Sequence record: OK272482.1
Direction: 5' to 3' (one strand)
Source of the DNA: Escherichia phage JLBYU08
Length of the DNA: 64,000 nucleotides
The position numbers were made by a program, and so were the translations under genes. The stretch's first letter is position 1. Each line of letters opens with the position of its first letter. Positions 1-9,146 of this stretch are shown here, piece after piece. The notes below the pieces were generated by a model. That model searched no databases and was not told where the DNA came from. It saw only the letters and a list, made by a program, of their open reading frames with translations.

Positions 1-309
1 ATGTACAAGCATTCCAGAGATCTTGAAAAAGATGCTGTGTTTGGCGACCAGATGAAGGAGCTGATCAAACTTATAGGTAGAATGGAAGATAAGTTTGACA
101 CTAAAATCTACATCGATAGCAAGATCTTCAACCACAAAATATGGACAAATGTGTGTGTTGGGCTACATGGTGATAAAGATATTGTAAATTTGGTTGTAAT
201 AAAGTTCATAGTGTGGCAGAATAGGACTATACGTTATTCCGATCCACACTTACTTGTTTATCCTATAAAAGACCTACTACAGAAGGAGGACTGCAATGCC
301 GTTATTTAA
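1..309 (+). CDS. hypothetical protein (may be 5'-truncated by window edge)
   Basis: 102-codon ORF starting at base 1; overlaps next ORF by 14 nt operon-style; no motif recognised. Confidence 0.4.
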   Translation: MYKHSRDLEKDAVFGDQMKELIKLIGRMEDKFDTKIYIDSKIFNHKIWTNVCVGLHGDKDIVNLVVIKFIVWQNRTIRYSDPHLLVYPIKDLLQKEDCNAVI

Positions 310-565
310 TCTTGCTAAACCTGTAGAAGCACACCAGTTTGATGGAAGCTCTTCATCAGTATCTGATCTGCAACGGTGGATTGATACAGGTGTGTTTACA
401 TCGTCACCTGTTCGGACCAGAGATATTCGTCGCATGTGTGAGCTTGTTGAGCCGTTTGGCAACTTGGTTTTGTACCAGGGAGATTGGTTAGTTGACTTTA
501 TGGGAGACTGGTTGGTAATGAGTAAAGAAGAGATGTTTAAAATTTTTAAGGAAGAGGCCGAGTAA
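296..565 (+). CDS. hypothetical protein
   Basis: 89-aa ORF; its TAA overlaps the ligase ATG by 1 nt. Confidence 0.5.
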   Translation: MPLFNLAKPVEAHQFDGSSSSVSDLQRWIDTGVFTSSPVRTRDIRRMCELVEPFGNLVLYQGDWLVDFMGDWLVMSKEEMFKIFKEEAE

Positions 566-1848
566 TGCATCAAATCAAAACAACACTGTACGCACTGAAC
601 AAAGATGGCAGCTACCAACAGTGGAAAGTATTCACTGATGGCGAAAAGGTTATCGTAGAGTTTGGCAAGCTTGACGGTAAATTGCAGTACAAAGAGACGG
701 TATGTACACCTAAAAACGTAGGTCGTGCCAACGAGACTACAGCTGAGCAACAGGCCGAGCTTGAGGCTATCAGCAAGTGGGAAAAACAAGTCCGTCTGGG
801 GTATGTTGAAAACATGGAAGATTGCGAGCAGGGTGTTGATCTTTTACCTATGCTGGTGCATGACTACCTGAAGCGTGGCAAGGCACTTAAATTACCTTGC
901 TGGATCTTGCGTAAGTTAGATGGCCTTCGTCTGCTTGTTGTTTTCCAAAATGGTGAGCCTAAATTTATTTCCCGTGGTAATAAGTCCTACCCTATTCAAG
1001 GAAAGCTTTTAGAGCAACTTCGTTCTTTCCATTCTACCACTGGGATTAAACAACTTGATGGGGAACTATACATTCATGGTCTTCCTTTGCAGAAAATAGT
1101 GTCTCTTGCTAAACGGTGGCGCACACAGGAAGAGATTCAGGCCGAGATCGATAAAGACTATGAGGCAGATAAAAAACGCCGTCATGCAGCAATTAAGGCA
1201 GGCTTATCAACATACAAAAACTTCAACAAGGTAGATATTCCTGTCGATGTTGAGCCTGTTCGTGATGATTTGCGTTACGGTGGATACTGTAGCTACGATC
1301 TGGAGTATCACATTTTTGATATTCCTAGCGACAAGGTGTGGTGGGATCCAGAAACAGAGTCTGGACGCTGCAAGGATCTTATGGATGCAGAGGATACCGT
1401 TACCACTCTGATGCTTGATCATATCAAGGTTGTTGACGCAGAGCTTGCGTACACAGTTGATCATTGCGAAGAATCTGTTGGTATATTCATGTCCGAAGGA
1501 TATGAAGGTACTATCATGCGTAATTTCTGCGGTAAATATGAGTATGGTCAGCGAACATCTGAAGCATTGAAATGGAAAAAGTTCAACGACGCAGAGGTGA
1601 AAGTTATTGACGTTGAGAAAGATAAGAATGATGAAGGTGTTCTTATCTGTGTTGACAAGGAAGGTGTTGTTGTTAAAATGAAGATGAAAGGCACGCACGA
1701 GGAGCGTAGCTATGACAGGATGCAGGAAATGATCGGCAAGTTTGTCACCTTCAAATACCAAGCAAGGACAGAAGACAACAACTACCAATTCCCTGTCGGT
1801 ATCTGCGTCCGAAATGTTAACCCAGACACTTGGGAGGTGCTTGAATGA
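565..1848 (+). CDS. ATP-dependent DNA ligase
   Basis: 427 aa; nucleotidyltransferase motif I KxDG (ILRKLDGLR), motif IV EGTIMR, motif V LKWKKF. Confidence 0.85.
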   Translation: MHQIKTTLYALNKDGSYQQWKVFTDGEKVIVEFGKLDGKLQYKETVCTPKNVGRANETTAEQQAELEAISKWEKQVRLGYVENMEDCEQGVDLLPMLVHDYLKRGKALKLPCWILRKLDGLRLLVVFQNGEPKFISRGNKSYPIQGKLLEQLRSFHSTTGIKQLDGELYIHGLPLQKIVSLAKRWRTQEEIQAEIDKDYEADKKRRHAAIKAGLSTYKNFNKVDIPVDVEPVRDDLRYGGYCSYDLEYHIFDIPSDKVWWDPETESGRCKDLMDAEDTVTTLMLDHIKVVDAELAYTVDHCEESVGIFMSEGYEGTIMRNFCGKYEYGQRTSEALKWKKFNDAEVKVIDVEKDKNDEGVLICVDKEGVVVKMKMKGTHEERSYDRMQEMIGKFVTFKYQARTEDNNYQFPVGICVRNVNPDTWEVLE

Positions 1849-1971
1849 TGTAGGAAGGTTCAGTAGGTAACGGTAGCCAATTGAATGATGGTTTTCAATC
1901 GGCACCTACATAACCACACTGTGTAGTGTTGTTGATCGTGTTAGTTATGAGTAAACTGGAGAGTATGAAAA

Positions 1972-2442
1972 ATGAAACTTGATAAAAATGTTCAACGAAA
2001 AGCTTTCTTGGACATGATCGCATATTCGGAAGGCACAGATAATGGTAGGCAACCCACTAAGGATCGGGGATACGATGTCATAGTTGGTGGCAAGCTGTTT
2101 AGCGATTACAGCAAGCATCCAGGTGTGTACGTTAAGCTAAATGCTAAACTTACCTCCTCCGCTGCTGGTCGTTACCAGGTTTTGGAGAAGTTTGCTAAAC
2201 ACTACATGGAACAGTTAGGATTGCCAGATTTTGGCCCCGCCAGTCAGGACAAGATTGCGTTGCAACTGATCCGTGAGTGCAAGGCTCTCGCCGACATTGA
2301 CGAAGGGCGTATCCACGAGGCTATCCATAAATGCCGTTCCCGCTGGGCTTCGTTACCTGGTGCTGGATATGGTCAGCATGAACAGAAGATCGAGAAGTTG
2401 ATCGAGGTGTTTAAAAAGGCAGGCGGTGTTGTCCTTGATTGA
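1972..2442 (+). CDS. endolysin, lambda R-like lytic transglycosylase
   Basis: 156 aa; colinear with lambda R as I recall it (FLDMIAYSEGTDNGRQ, GYDVIVGG, AAGRYQ, WASLPGAGYGQ). Confidence 0.9.
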   Translation: MKLDKNVQRKAFLDMIAYSEGTDNGRQPTKDRGYDVIVGGKLFSDYSKHPGVYVKLNAKLTSSAAGRYQVLEKFAKHYMEQLGLPDFGPASQDKIALQLIRECKALADIDEGRIHEAIHKCRSRWASLPGAGYGQHEQKIEKLIEVFKKAGGVVLD

Positions 2443-2445
2443 TCA

Positions 2446-2474
2446 TTGACATAACCACACGGACGTGGTATTGT
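2446..2474 (+). promoter_or_regulatory. sigma70-type promoter
   Basis: TTGACA-N17-TATTGT upstream of 2506 gene. Confidence 0.5.
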
Positions 2475-2505
2475 TACCTCATAAAATGTTTAGGAGGGCT
2501 TAACC

Positions 2506-2712
2506 ATGAAAGATTTTCTGTTGGCAATTTTGTTCATGGTAGCATGTCTGTCCTGTGGTGTCGTGTTTGCAGGTGAAACAGCGTATCTTGTCGATGTATA
2601 TCGGGACAATGGTAAACGTATTTGCCTTTATGAGACAAGTCAAGGTGAGCTCTACGAGCTTGTGAAACAAGGTGAGGCAGGTTCCTGCCCTCGCACCCAT
2701 TTCTTTGAATGA
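2506..2712 (+). CDS. small secreted protein or lipoprotein (a lysis accessory role is only a guess)
   Basis: 68 aa; N-terminal hydrophobic segment FLLAILFMVACLSCG with Cys; RBS AGGAGGG 7 nt upstream; directly after endolysin. Confidence 0.5.
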   Translation: MKDFLLAILFMVACLSCGVVFAGETAYLVDVYRDNGKRICLYETSQGELYELVKQGEAGSCPRTHFFE

Positions 2713-2722
2713 GGGAGAACAC

Positions 2723-3187
2723 GTGGAAGACGGACGTTTAATGAAGTCTGAACGCAGGCTTATTGTGCAACTGATCCCAGAAACAGCTTGGTATAATAAC
2801 CTCCGAAACGCTGTGAAGAAGAGTGAGTGGGATAAGATACGTAAGAAGTGCTATAGAGAAGCCAACTACACTTGTGAGGTGTGCGGCGGTAAAGGCAGCA
2901 AACACCCAGTGGAGTGTCATGAACTTTACACTTTCGAAGAGGGAGTGATCCGGCTTGTCGGACTGATAGCACTGTGCCCGGATTGTCACACATCGGTGCA
3001 TCCTGGGTTAGCAAATATCCGTGGAAAGTATGCTCAGGCAGTTAATCAGTTGGCTAAGGTGAATAAGATCACCAAGAGTATGGCAGAGGCGTATTACCGA
3101 GACTGCTTTGCAGAGTGGCGTGAGCTTAGTAAAGTTCCAGAATGGAAGACTGACTTTTCGTGGATAGAGGGTTACCTTGATGGCTAA
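2723..3187 (+). CDS. HNH-type (beta-beta-alpha-Me, zinc-binding) nuclease-like protein
   Basis: CEVCGG...ECHELY...CPDCHTSVH pattern; start moved to GTG 2723 (RBS GAGGGAG) or ATG 2741; the track start 2672 overlaps the upstream gene. Confidence 0.55.
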   Translation: MEDGRLMKSERRLIVQLIPETAWYNNLRNAVKKSEWDKIRKKCYREANYTCEVCGGKGSKHPVECHELYTFEEGVIRLVGLIALCPDCHTSVHPGLANIRGKYAQAVNQLAKVNKITKSMAEAYYRDCFAEWRELSKVPEWKTDFSWIEGYLDG

Positions 3188-3470
3188 GAGACCTGTAAAA
3201 GAGAAATTCGATAAGACAGCTTTTGTATTCGATACACCTCTGGACGACATCATTAGAGGTATGCAATCATTGTATCGGAAGGCTGAATCTGAGCAGCTGT
3301 CGGAATCAGAACTTTACTGGCTCGGTTGGTGGGAGTTAAACCTGCCTAAAGCTGAAAGTTCTTCTCTGAGAACTGTTAAAACGTGCGCCCAAGAAAACGC
3401 TGCACTTGGAATCTACCACAAAAGGAAAAGATCAACAAAAAGCTCTCCAAGAAAGACTAAAAAGTCTTGA
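3177..3470 (+). CDS. hypothetical protein
   Basis: 97 aa; overlaps upstream stop; basic tail KRKRSTKSSPRKTKKS. Confidence 0.5.
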   Translation: MMAKRPVKEKFDKTAFVFDTPLDDIIRGMQSLYRKAESEQLSESELYWLGWWELNLPKAESSSLRTVKTCAQENAALGIYHKRKRSTKSSPRKTKKS

Positions 3471-3496
3471 CAAAAGTGTTATTAATCTGATATTAT
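3467..3496 (+). promoter_or_regulatory. sigma70-type promoter
   Basis: TTGACA-N18-TATTAT, 34 nt before ATG 3530. Confidence 0.6.
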
Positions 3497-3529
3497 CGGT
3501 CAGATATCTATAAACTAGGAGAACTAGAT

Positions 3530-3838
3530 ATGCTTAAAATTTTTATTGTTGAAGATAAAGATATTGTCCAGTTGTATGCAAACGAGAATCATAAAGGTAT
3601 GATTCTGAAGAAGGCAAGCAACCTTCATGAAAACACAATTCAACCTGGCGATGTAATTAAGATCTGTGGTTATATGATACCAGACTCCTTGATGAAAATA
3701 ACCCACCACTGGGGGTCTAATCCGTTCCTTTTTGAAAAGTATTGGGATGTTGAGTCACTTATTGCAGAGAGTGATGATGCATTCCATTACAGCATCCAAC
3801 CATCTTGCAGAATAACTAACAGGAGGGTCTTTGAGTAG
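3530..3838 (+). CDS. hypothetical protein
   Basis: 102 aa; preceded by promoter 3467-3496 and RBS AGGAG. Confidence 0.55.
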   Translation: MLKIFIVEDKDIVQLYANENHKGMILKKASNLHENTIQPGDVIKICGYMIPDSLMKITHHWGSNPFLFEKYWDVESLIAESDDAFHYSIQPSCRITNRRVFE

Positions 3839-4970
3839 AGAATATCCACTTATTGAGTCCATAGATTGTCTGGCTGATCTTCTTGAACCTGACGCTATAG
3901 TTTATTATGACTTCGATCAGGTTGCATATCAAGCTGCAGCAAGTTGTGAAAAAAGGACAATTGAGGTAACACACAAAGCCTCCGGACGTAAGAAGATGTT
4001 TAAAACACGAACAGAGTTCTGGGGGCGGCAGAAGAACACAGTTGGTGGTTGGTTAAAAGCTGAGAATACCAACCGTGAAGCTGCATGTAAAAAGGCTGGC
4101 AAGGAGTTTATTCCGTGGACACGAGAAGATTTCGATGTCTTGGATATCCAAACCCCTGATCCTGTAGAGAACTGCTTGCACACAATTAAGTGTAAAGCGA
4201 ATGCAGTCCTTAATTATCTCGGTATTCCGGAAGATCGGTGCGTGGGGGTACTTGGAGGCACAGGTAATTTCAGACTAGATCTTCCCATGCCGGAAAGATA
4301 TAAAGCCAACCGTAACAATACTCTTCGACCACTGCTGCTTGGAGATGCAAGACAGTATCTCCAAAAGCAGTATAATGCTCAAGTGATCAACGGTATCGAG
4401 GCTGACGACTGGTTAGCTATCCAGCAATTTGAAGGTTGGAACCACTACCAAAAAACAGGTAAGTTCAACAAGTTTATTATCTCTATTGATAAGGACCAAA
4501 GAACACTGCCGGGGCTTGTGTTCGATCCCATGCGAAACGATAAGGGAGATTTTGTAAGGGAAACCCCCATGCTGATCGATAACGGTATGGGGAACATCTT
4601 CATGAAGCCTAATGGAGAGGTTGGTGGTTACGGAATGCTGTTCTTCGGATACCAAATGCTGTGTGGTGACTCTGCCGACAATATCAAGCCGTATCAAGGA
4701 CTTATCGGTAAGGGTAAGTTCGGGGATGCCTCAGCATTCTACCTACTGTCTCAGTGCAGCACTCCAAAGGAGATGTGGGTGGCTATTATTGATCAGTACA
4801 AGAAGTGGTTCCCGAAAGGTGTTGTTAAGTATACTGACTTCAATGGTGTTGATCGTAGAATTTCCGTAGGTCAATGGATGAGTATAATTTTTGACTGTTT
4901 GTATATGAAGCGAACATTCAATGATCAAACAAAACTTGTTAACGTTCTTAGAAATGTTGGAGCAATTTGA
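3831..4970 (+). CDS. 5'-3' exonuclease / flap endonuclease (FEN family)
   Basis: 379 aa; TTG start after RBS AGGAGGG; acidic metal-site motif GIEADDW and H3TH-like GDSADNIKPYQGLIGKG. Confidence 0.7.
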   Translation: MSREYPLIESIDCLADLLEPDAIVYYDFDQVAYQAAASCEKRTIEVTHKASGRKKMFKTRTEFWGRQKNTVGGWLKAENTNREAACKKAGKEFIPWTREDFDVLDIQTPDPVENCLHTIKCKANAVLNYLGIPEDRCVGVLGGTGNFRLDLPMPERYKANRNNTLRPLLLGDARQYLQKQYNAQVINGIEADDWLAIQQFEGWNHYQKTGKFNKFIISIDKDQRTLPGLVFDPMRNDKGDFVRETPMLIDNGMGNIFMKPNGEVGGYGMLFFGYQMLCGDSADNIKPYQGLIGKGKFGDASAFYLLSQCSTPKEMWVAIIDQYKKWFPKGVVKYTDFNGVDRRISVGQWMSIIFDCLYMKRTFNDQTKLVNVLRNVGAI

Positions 4971-5302
4971 TGACTAAAAATTCTGTAGATAGTGCAATTA
5001 TGGAAGCTGTTTTTGAGGATGATCATACAACAGGGACACTTAAAACAAAAAATACATTCGTTGTTGCCACAGGTATGTGGCGGTTGTATGAAGATGACAC
5101 CATTTCATACATCCTGTACACTGATGATTACGCAGATGACCGTGTATGGTCTGCTGTTTTAAAAGAGGATTGTGAACTGATTGAGGGCGAGCGGTTATGC
5201 ATGTTCACCAGTGTGGAAACAGATGTTAAGCTTTGCTCTCTCGTCTTGTTCAAAGATAAGGCTTATGCTCCTGATGAAGGAGAGGAGGATGAGGAAGTAT
5301 GA
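4967..5302 (+). CDS. hypothetical acidic protein
   Basis: 111 aa; ATGA overlap with upstream gene; tail DEGEEDEEV. Confidence 0.5.
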   Translation: MMTKNSVDSAIMEAVFEDDHTTGTLKTKNTFVVATGMWRLYEDDTISYILYTDDYADDRVWSAVLKEDCELIEGERLCMFTSVETDVKLCSLVLFKDKAYAPDEGEEDEEV

Positions 5303-5928
5303 GAGAGCGTCTATTATCCATAGACCAGTCGTTGACACACACAGCTTGCGTTGTATGGGACGATGGAAAGCCTGTTCATAAGGTTGTGTTACGAACTCAA
5401 AGCTCATCTGCAAAAGAGAAGAAACCAGGGACGGTTTCTTTTGCAACAGCTGCTGAGCGTATTGACTGGATCTGCAAACAGGTCAGATATTATATCCACA
5501 CGCACGGAGTTGACACCGTGGTTATGGAAGGACTTTCCTTCGGATCTCGCGGGGATGCCACACGTGAACTGGCTGGGTTGTTTTACGGTCTCGAAGTTAT
5601 GCTTTGGGATGCTTTAGCTGATTGTGAAAATGACGGCCTGTTTAAGGTTCACACAGTGACACCAACAACTGCCAAAAAGTTTGCTCGTAGTCATCTTCCT
5701 GAAGAACTTGCTTTTGAGGAGAAGAAAAAGCTTGACAAAAAGACAGGTAAAGAGCATACTGTGAAGAAACCTGTTACGATGGATAAAAAGTTGATGGTTA
5801 AGGCCTGCGAAGTATCTGAACCAGGGTTCCTAGATGGGATCAATTTGGTACAAGGTAAGGCCGATCTCGCAGATGCTTATTGGATAGGCAGGGCGCATCT
5901 GGAGGGGTTATCGCAAAGCGTAAAATAA
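5299..5928 (+). CDS. RuvC-like Holliday junction resolvase
   Basis: 209 aa; N-terminal LLSIDQS (catalytic Asp) and VVMEGLSFGS (Glu), as in phage RuvC-family resolvases. Confidence 0.65.
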   Translation: MRERLLSIDQSLTHTACVVWDDGKPVHKVVLRTQSSSAKEKKPGTVSFATAAERIDWICKQVRYYIHTHGVDTVVMEGLSFGSRGDATRELAGLFYGLEVMLWDALADCENDGLFKVHTVTPTTAKKFARSHLPEELAFEEKKKLDKKTGKEHTVKKPVTMDKKLMVKACEVSEPGFLDGINLVQGKADLADAYWIGRAHLEGLSQSVK

Positions 5929-6485
5929 GAAAGAAAGCTGTCAAAGCCCCCGTTCATAGCGGGTGGCTAAAAGATTCTAAGGACATAGCCAACTTTCGAA
6001 AAGAATTGTCAGAGGAGCAGGATGGTCTTGATCCGATCTTGTGCGAGCCACTTCGTAAGCCTTGTTTAGATCATGATCATCTGACTGGTCGTTGCAGGGG
6101 TGTTTTGTCTCAGTGCACTAATACCTTTGAGGGGTATGTGCTTAAATACTGGATGAAATACTGTAACGAGTATACAGATTGCAGTTTATCAGAGGCGTTG
6201 CGCCGGATGGCTGACTATCTGGAGAAAGACTACAGCGACTTCCCGCTCCACAAAAACTACAGAGATGATATGACAAAGTTCTTGAGGAGATGCTCTAAAG
6301 CTACGATTATTGCACGAGCAGAATCAGATCTCAATCTTGTCATTAATCCAGAGTGCACCAAGCATGAGGCTATTGAGTCCTACATGCAGGAGTTTATAAA
6401 GAAAACTGAGGAGAGAGATTTCTATGGGGATGAAAAAGGTATTCAATCCTTGCGACTCAGTCCTGATCAGGATGAAATACCGTAA
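5880..6485 (+). CDS. endonuclease VII-family (HNH-like) nuclease
   Basis: CLDHDHLTGRCRGVLSQCTN matches the EndoVII DH-x-H-x-TG-x-x-RG-x-LC-x-x-CN signature. Start is uncertain: TTG 5880 has no clear RBS, and there is no in-frame ATG after the ruvC stop. Confidence 0.6.
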   Translation: MDRQGASGGVIAKRKIRKKAVKAPVHSGWLKDSKDIANFRKELSEEQDGLDPILCEPLRKPCLDHDHLTGRCRGVLSQCTNTFEGYVLKYWMKYCNEYTDCSLSEALRRMADYLEKDYSDFPLHKNYRDDMTKFLRRCSKATIIARAESDLNLVINPECTKHEAIESYMQEFIKKTEERDFYGDEKGIQSLRLSPDQDEIP

Positions 6486-6645
6486 CTGGAAAGGTGTTGT
6501 TGCAGATCGCTGCGTTACTGAGCCTAATTTATGGTTTGGCTCTACAGAGTATCATAAAGAAGAGCAGTGGTTGATGCATGCCTTTGATGTAGACAAGGGC
6601 GAATATCGTGACTTCGCTTTAAAAGACATTCTTCAGTTTTACTAA
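6424..6645 (+). CDS. hypothetical protein
   Basis: 73 aa; RBS GAGGAGAGAG 6 nt upstream; overlaps 3' end of upstream gene. Confidence 0.45.
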   Translation: MGMKKVFNPCDSVLIRMKYRNWKGVVADRCVTEPNLWFGSTEYHKEEQWLMHAFDVDKGEYRDFALKDILQFY

Positions 6646-6657
6646 GGAATTTTGACG

Positions 6658-7641
6658 ATGATGACAAAGTTAACTCTTGAGCAAATTTTAACACTAAAGC
6701 AGCAGGGATACACTAATAGACAAATTGCTCGTGAATTTTTAGGCCGTGAGTCACGTGAGAGTTGGATCCGACTACAGCTTAAACGTGCACAAGAGAATAT
6801 GTCAGAGATTGTAGGAGAAGCAACGGAGCGCTTCCTTGAAGAACACAAAGGAGCTAAAGTTTGGGTGTATGATACAGAAACATCACCAACAAACGGCTGG
6901 TTCTTTGGGCACTATAAGACCAACATTCAAACCTGCGGTATTGAAATTATGCCCTATATGCTAACTTTCGCAGGTAAGTGGTTAGACAGTCCTAGTGTGG
7001 TTGACTGCGCTCTTCCCGATTACAAAATGTGGGATGAGGATATTCACAATGACCTCGAATTGATTCAGGACTTGTGGTATTATCTGGATAAATGTGATGT
7101 CGCAGTAGCCCACAATTCAGGTTTTGACTGTGGGTGGGCAAACCAACGATTTGCATTTCACGGGTTGCCTCCAACAAGCCCATACAAAGAGGTTGACACC
7201 CTTAAAATGATCAAGAAGGCATTCCGTTTGAATGCAAACACTTTGGAGTATGCATGCAAATACTTCCAACTTGCCAGACAGAAACTGATTGACCACACAT
7301 TTGAAATGTGGATCAAGTGTGTTCATGGTGATCTTGAGGCGTTTAAACAGATGCGGGAGTACAATGTTGGTGATATCCTATCTCTGGAAGGCCTGTATTT
7401 GCTGGCACGCCCGTTTGCTAAGCAGCACCCCAACATGTCATTGTACTACCAGGATGAGGAGCCAAAAGTTCGTTGCCCACGCTGCGGTGGAGAACACCTT
7501 CACGAGGAAGAAGCTTTGGCGTATACTCAACTGAGTGCATTTAAAACATATCGCTGCGAAGGTTGTGGATCTGTTGTTCGTGACCGTAACAACATCCGTA
7601 CCAGAGAAGAAATGAAAAACACCCTGATTAAGATAATCTAA
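6658..7641 (+). CDS. DEDD-type 3'-5' exonuclease with N-terminal HTH and C-terminal zinc ribbon
   Basis: VWVYDTETSP and VAHNSGFD exonuclease motifs; N-terminal LKQQGYTNRQIAREFLG (HTH-like); C-terminal CPRCGG...CEGCGS. Confidence 0.6.
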   Translation: MMTKLTLEQILTLKQQGYTNRQIAREFLGRESRESWIRLQLKRAQENMSEIVGEATERFLEEHKGAKVWVYDTETSPTNGWFFGHYKTNIQTCGIEIMPYMLTFAGKWLDSPSVVDCALPDYKMWDEDIHNDLELIQDLWYYLDKCDVAVAHNSGFDCGWANQRFAFHGLPPTSPYKEVDTLKMIKKAFRLNANTLEYACKYFQLARQKLIDHTFEMWIKCVHGDLEAFKQMREYNVGDILSLEGLYLLARPFAKQHPNMSLYYQDEEPKVRCPRCGGEHLHEEEALAYTQLSAFKTYRCEGCGSVVRDRNNIRTREEMKNTLIKII

Positions 7642-7650
7642 TCAAGTATA

Positions 7651-7679
7651 GGGAGGCTTGCGCCTCCCTTTTCCTTTTG
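7651..7679 (+). terminator. rho-independent terminator
   Basis: GGGAGGC-TTGC-GCCTCCC followed by TTTTCCTTTT. Confidence 0.7.
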
Positions 7680-7687
7680 GAGGCACT

Positions 7688-8506
7688 TTGAGCAAGAAAG
7701 AGTCCAACGACAAATATTACACAAACCCTGAGTATGCAGAATATCTTGTTGGTAAAGTAAAAGATAAGTATGGAAATTGTGCATACGTTGAGCCTTCTGC
7801 TGGAAGGGGTTCTTTTTCAAAACTATTTTCAGAGATACTGTCTTACGATCTAGTACCAGATCCTGAATTTGAAGGACCAACACCGTGCATTCAGGCAAAC
7901 TTCTTGGAGGTGCATCCCAAGGCAGATGTCTTCATAGGTAACCCACCATTTGGCAAGAATTCATCTTTAGCTTGCAAATTCTTTAACCATTGTGCATCAT
8001 TGCTAGAGCTTGGAGGGGCTATAGCCTTCATCTTGCCACGGACATTTGAAAAAATATTTTTTGCAAACAAACTGGACATGTCGATGCACCTTGTCTACAG
8101 TGAAAGGTGCCCTAAGAACTCGTTTCTACTTAATGGCAAACCTTATGACGTGCCGTGTGTTTTCCAAATTTGGGAGAAAAAGGCGTGCAACAGGGATCCT
8201 GTAGAGATTGGGGAGAATAAGTTATTTTCTTTTAGCACTCCAGATGACTACGACTTCTGTGTAAGACGTGTTGGGTATAATGCTGGAAAAGTATTGGGGG
8301 AGGATGACCCAAAATCTGAAGAATCAACATATTTCATAAAATCTTTAGTTGACGGTGTTGACAGAGTGTTTGCTGAATGCTATTCTTCTTTTCAAGAAGA
8401 AGCAGGTAAGACTGCCGGAATGAAGAGTATAGGTAAGAAAGAACTACAATACATTTTGGAGACTAGGTATGATCAAAAGCATAGACTTGACCAAAGAACT
8501 TACTGA
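7688..8506 (+). CDS. N6-adenine DNA methyltransferase (gamma-class order)
   Basis: Motif I VEPSAGRGSF followed by motif IV NPPFGK; start moved to TTG 7688 (RBS GGAGG) because the track start lies inside terminator 7651-7679. Confidence 0.7.
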   Translation: MSKKESNDKYYTNPEYAEYLVGKVKDKYGNCAYVEPSAGRGSFSKLFSEILSYDLVPDPEFEGPTPCIQANFLEVHPKADVFIGNPPFGKNSSLACKFFNHCASLLELGGAIAFILPRTFEKIFFANKLDMSMHLVYSERCPKNSFLLNGKPYDVPCVFQIWEKKACNRDPVEIGENKLFSFSTPDDYDFCVRRVGYNAGKVLGEDDPKSEESTYFIKSLVDGVDRVFAECYSSFQEEAGKTAGMKSIGKKELQYILETRYDQKHRLDQRTY

Positions 8507-8927
8507 TGCAAAAGCTTTTGGTGAGACAGCGGTACAAAGGGGGCAGGCGATGGGACTGGCACTACCTTTCGTATTAAAAGAGCACTTTACAGATTTTCAA
8601 CTTATCAAGGGTGATAAGGGAATGCTTATCCTGGAGCATAAGTTGAGTAAGAAACGCTATAAAGTTGTTTTTAATTCTAAAGCTCCAACAAAACTGGGAT
8701 TCAGAACTTACAATCTTAACCCATCCTACACTAAGGGTGTTGGAAGGGTAGAACAACAGCATTTCAGTGCCAGAGCTTCTTTAGCCCCTTTGATGCTAAA
8801 TTTCTCAGGGGTGGCTTTAGGATACCTTGATAAGAAAAGAGTTCTTCATGTCCGTTTAACAGACTTTGTAACGCTTCTAGCCAACAACGAGGTTGATGAA
8901 AAGGGACGTGTAAAAACAAACTTCTAA
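8469..8927 (+). CDS. hypothetical protein
   Basis: 152 aa; overlaps MTase 3' end; no motif recognised. Confidence 0.5.
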   Translation: MIKSIDLTKELTDAKAFGETAVQRGQAMGLALPFVLKEHFTDFQLIKGDKGMLILEHKLSKKRYKVVFNSKAPTKLGFRTYNLNPSYTKGVGRVEQQHFSARASLAPLMLNFSGVALGYLDKKRVLHVRLTDFVTLLANNEVDEKGRVKTNF

Positions 8928-8954
8928 TAACGCATAGTATGATTGGAGAACGCA

Positions 8955-9146
8955 ATGACACTAAAGTTAACAATTCCAGACAGCTTTTCAGAAGACTTTA
9001 TCCCAGAAATGATGGGTAAGATGCGATCATTGCTTGATCAGATCGAGGAAGCTGTTTGGGAAGACGATGCTGTAGTGGCTAACGAGCTGGTAGATAAGTG
9101 TAAAAGTATTATTGATGCAGTTGAAGAATACCACGGAGGTTTTTGA
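8955..9146 (+). CDS. hypothetical acidic protein
   Basis: 63 aa from ATG 8955 (RBS GGAGA); ATGA-type junction with next gene. Confidence 0.5.
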   Translation: MTLKLTIPDSFSEDFIPEMMGKMRSLLDQIEEAVWEDDAVVANELVDKCKSIIDAVEEYHGGF

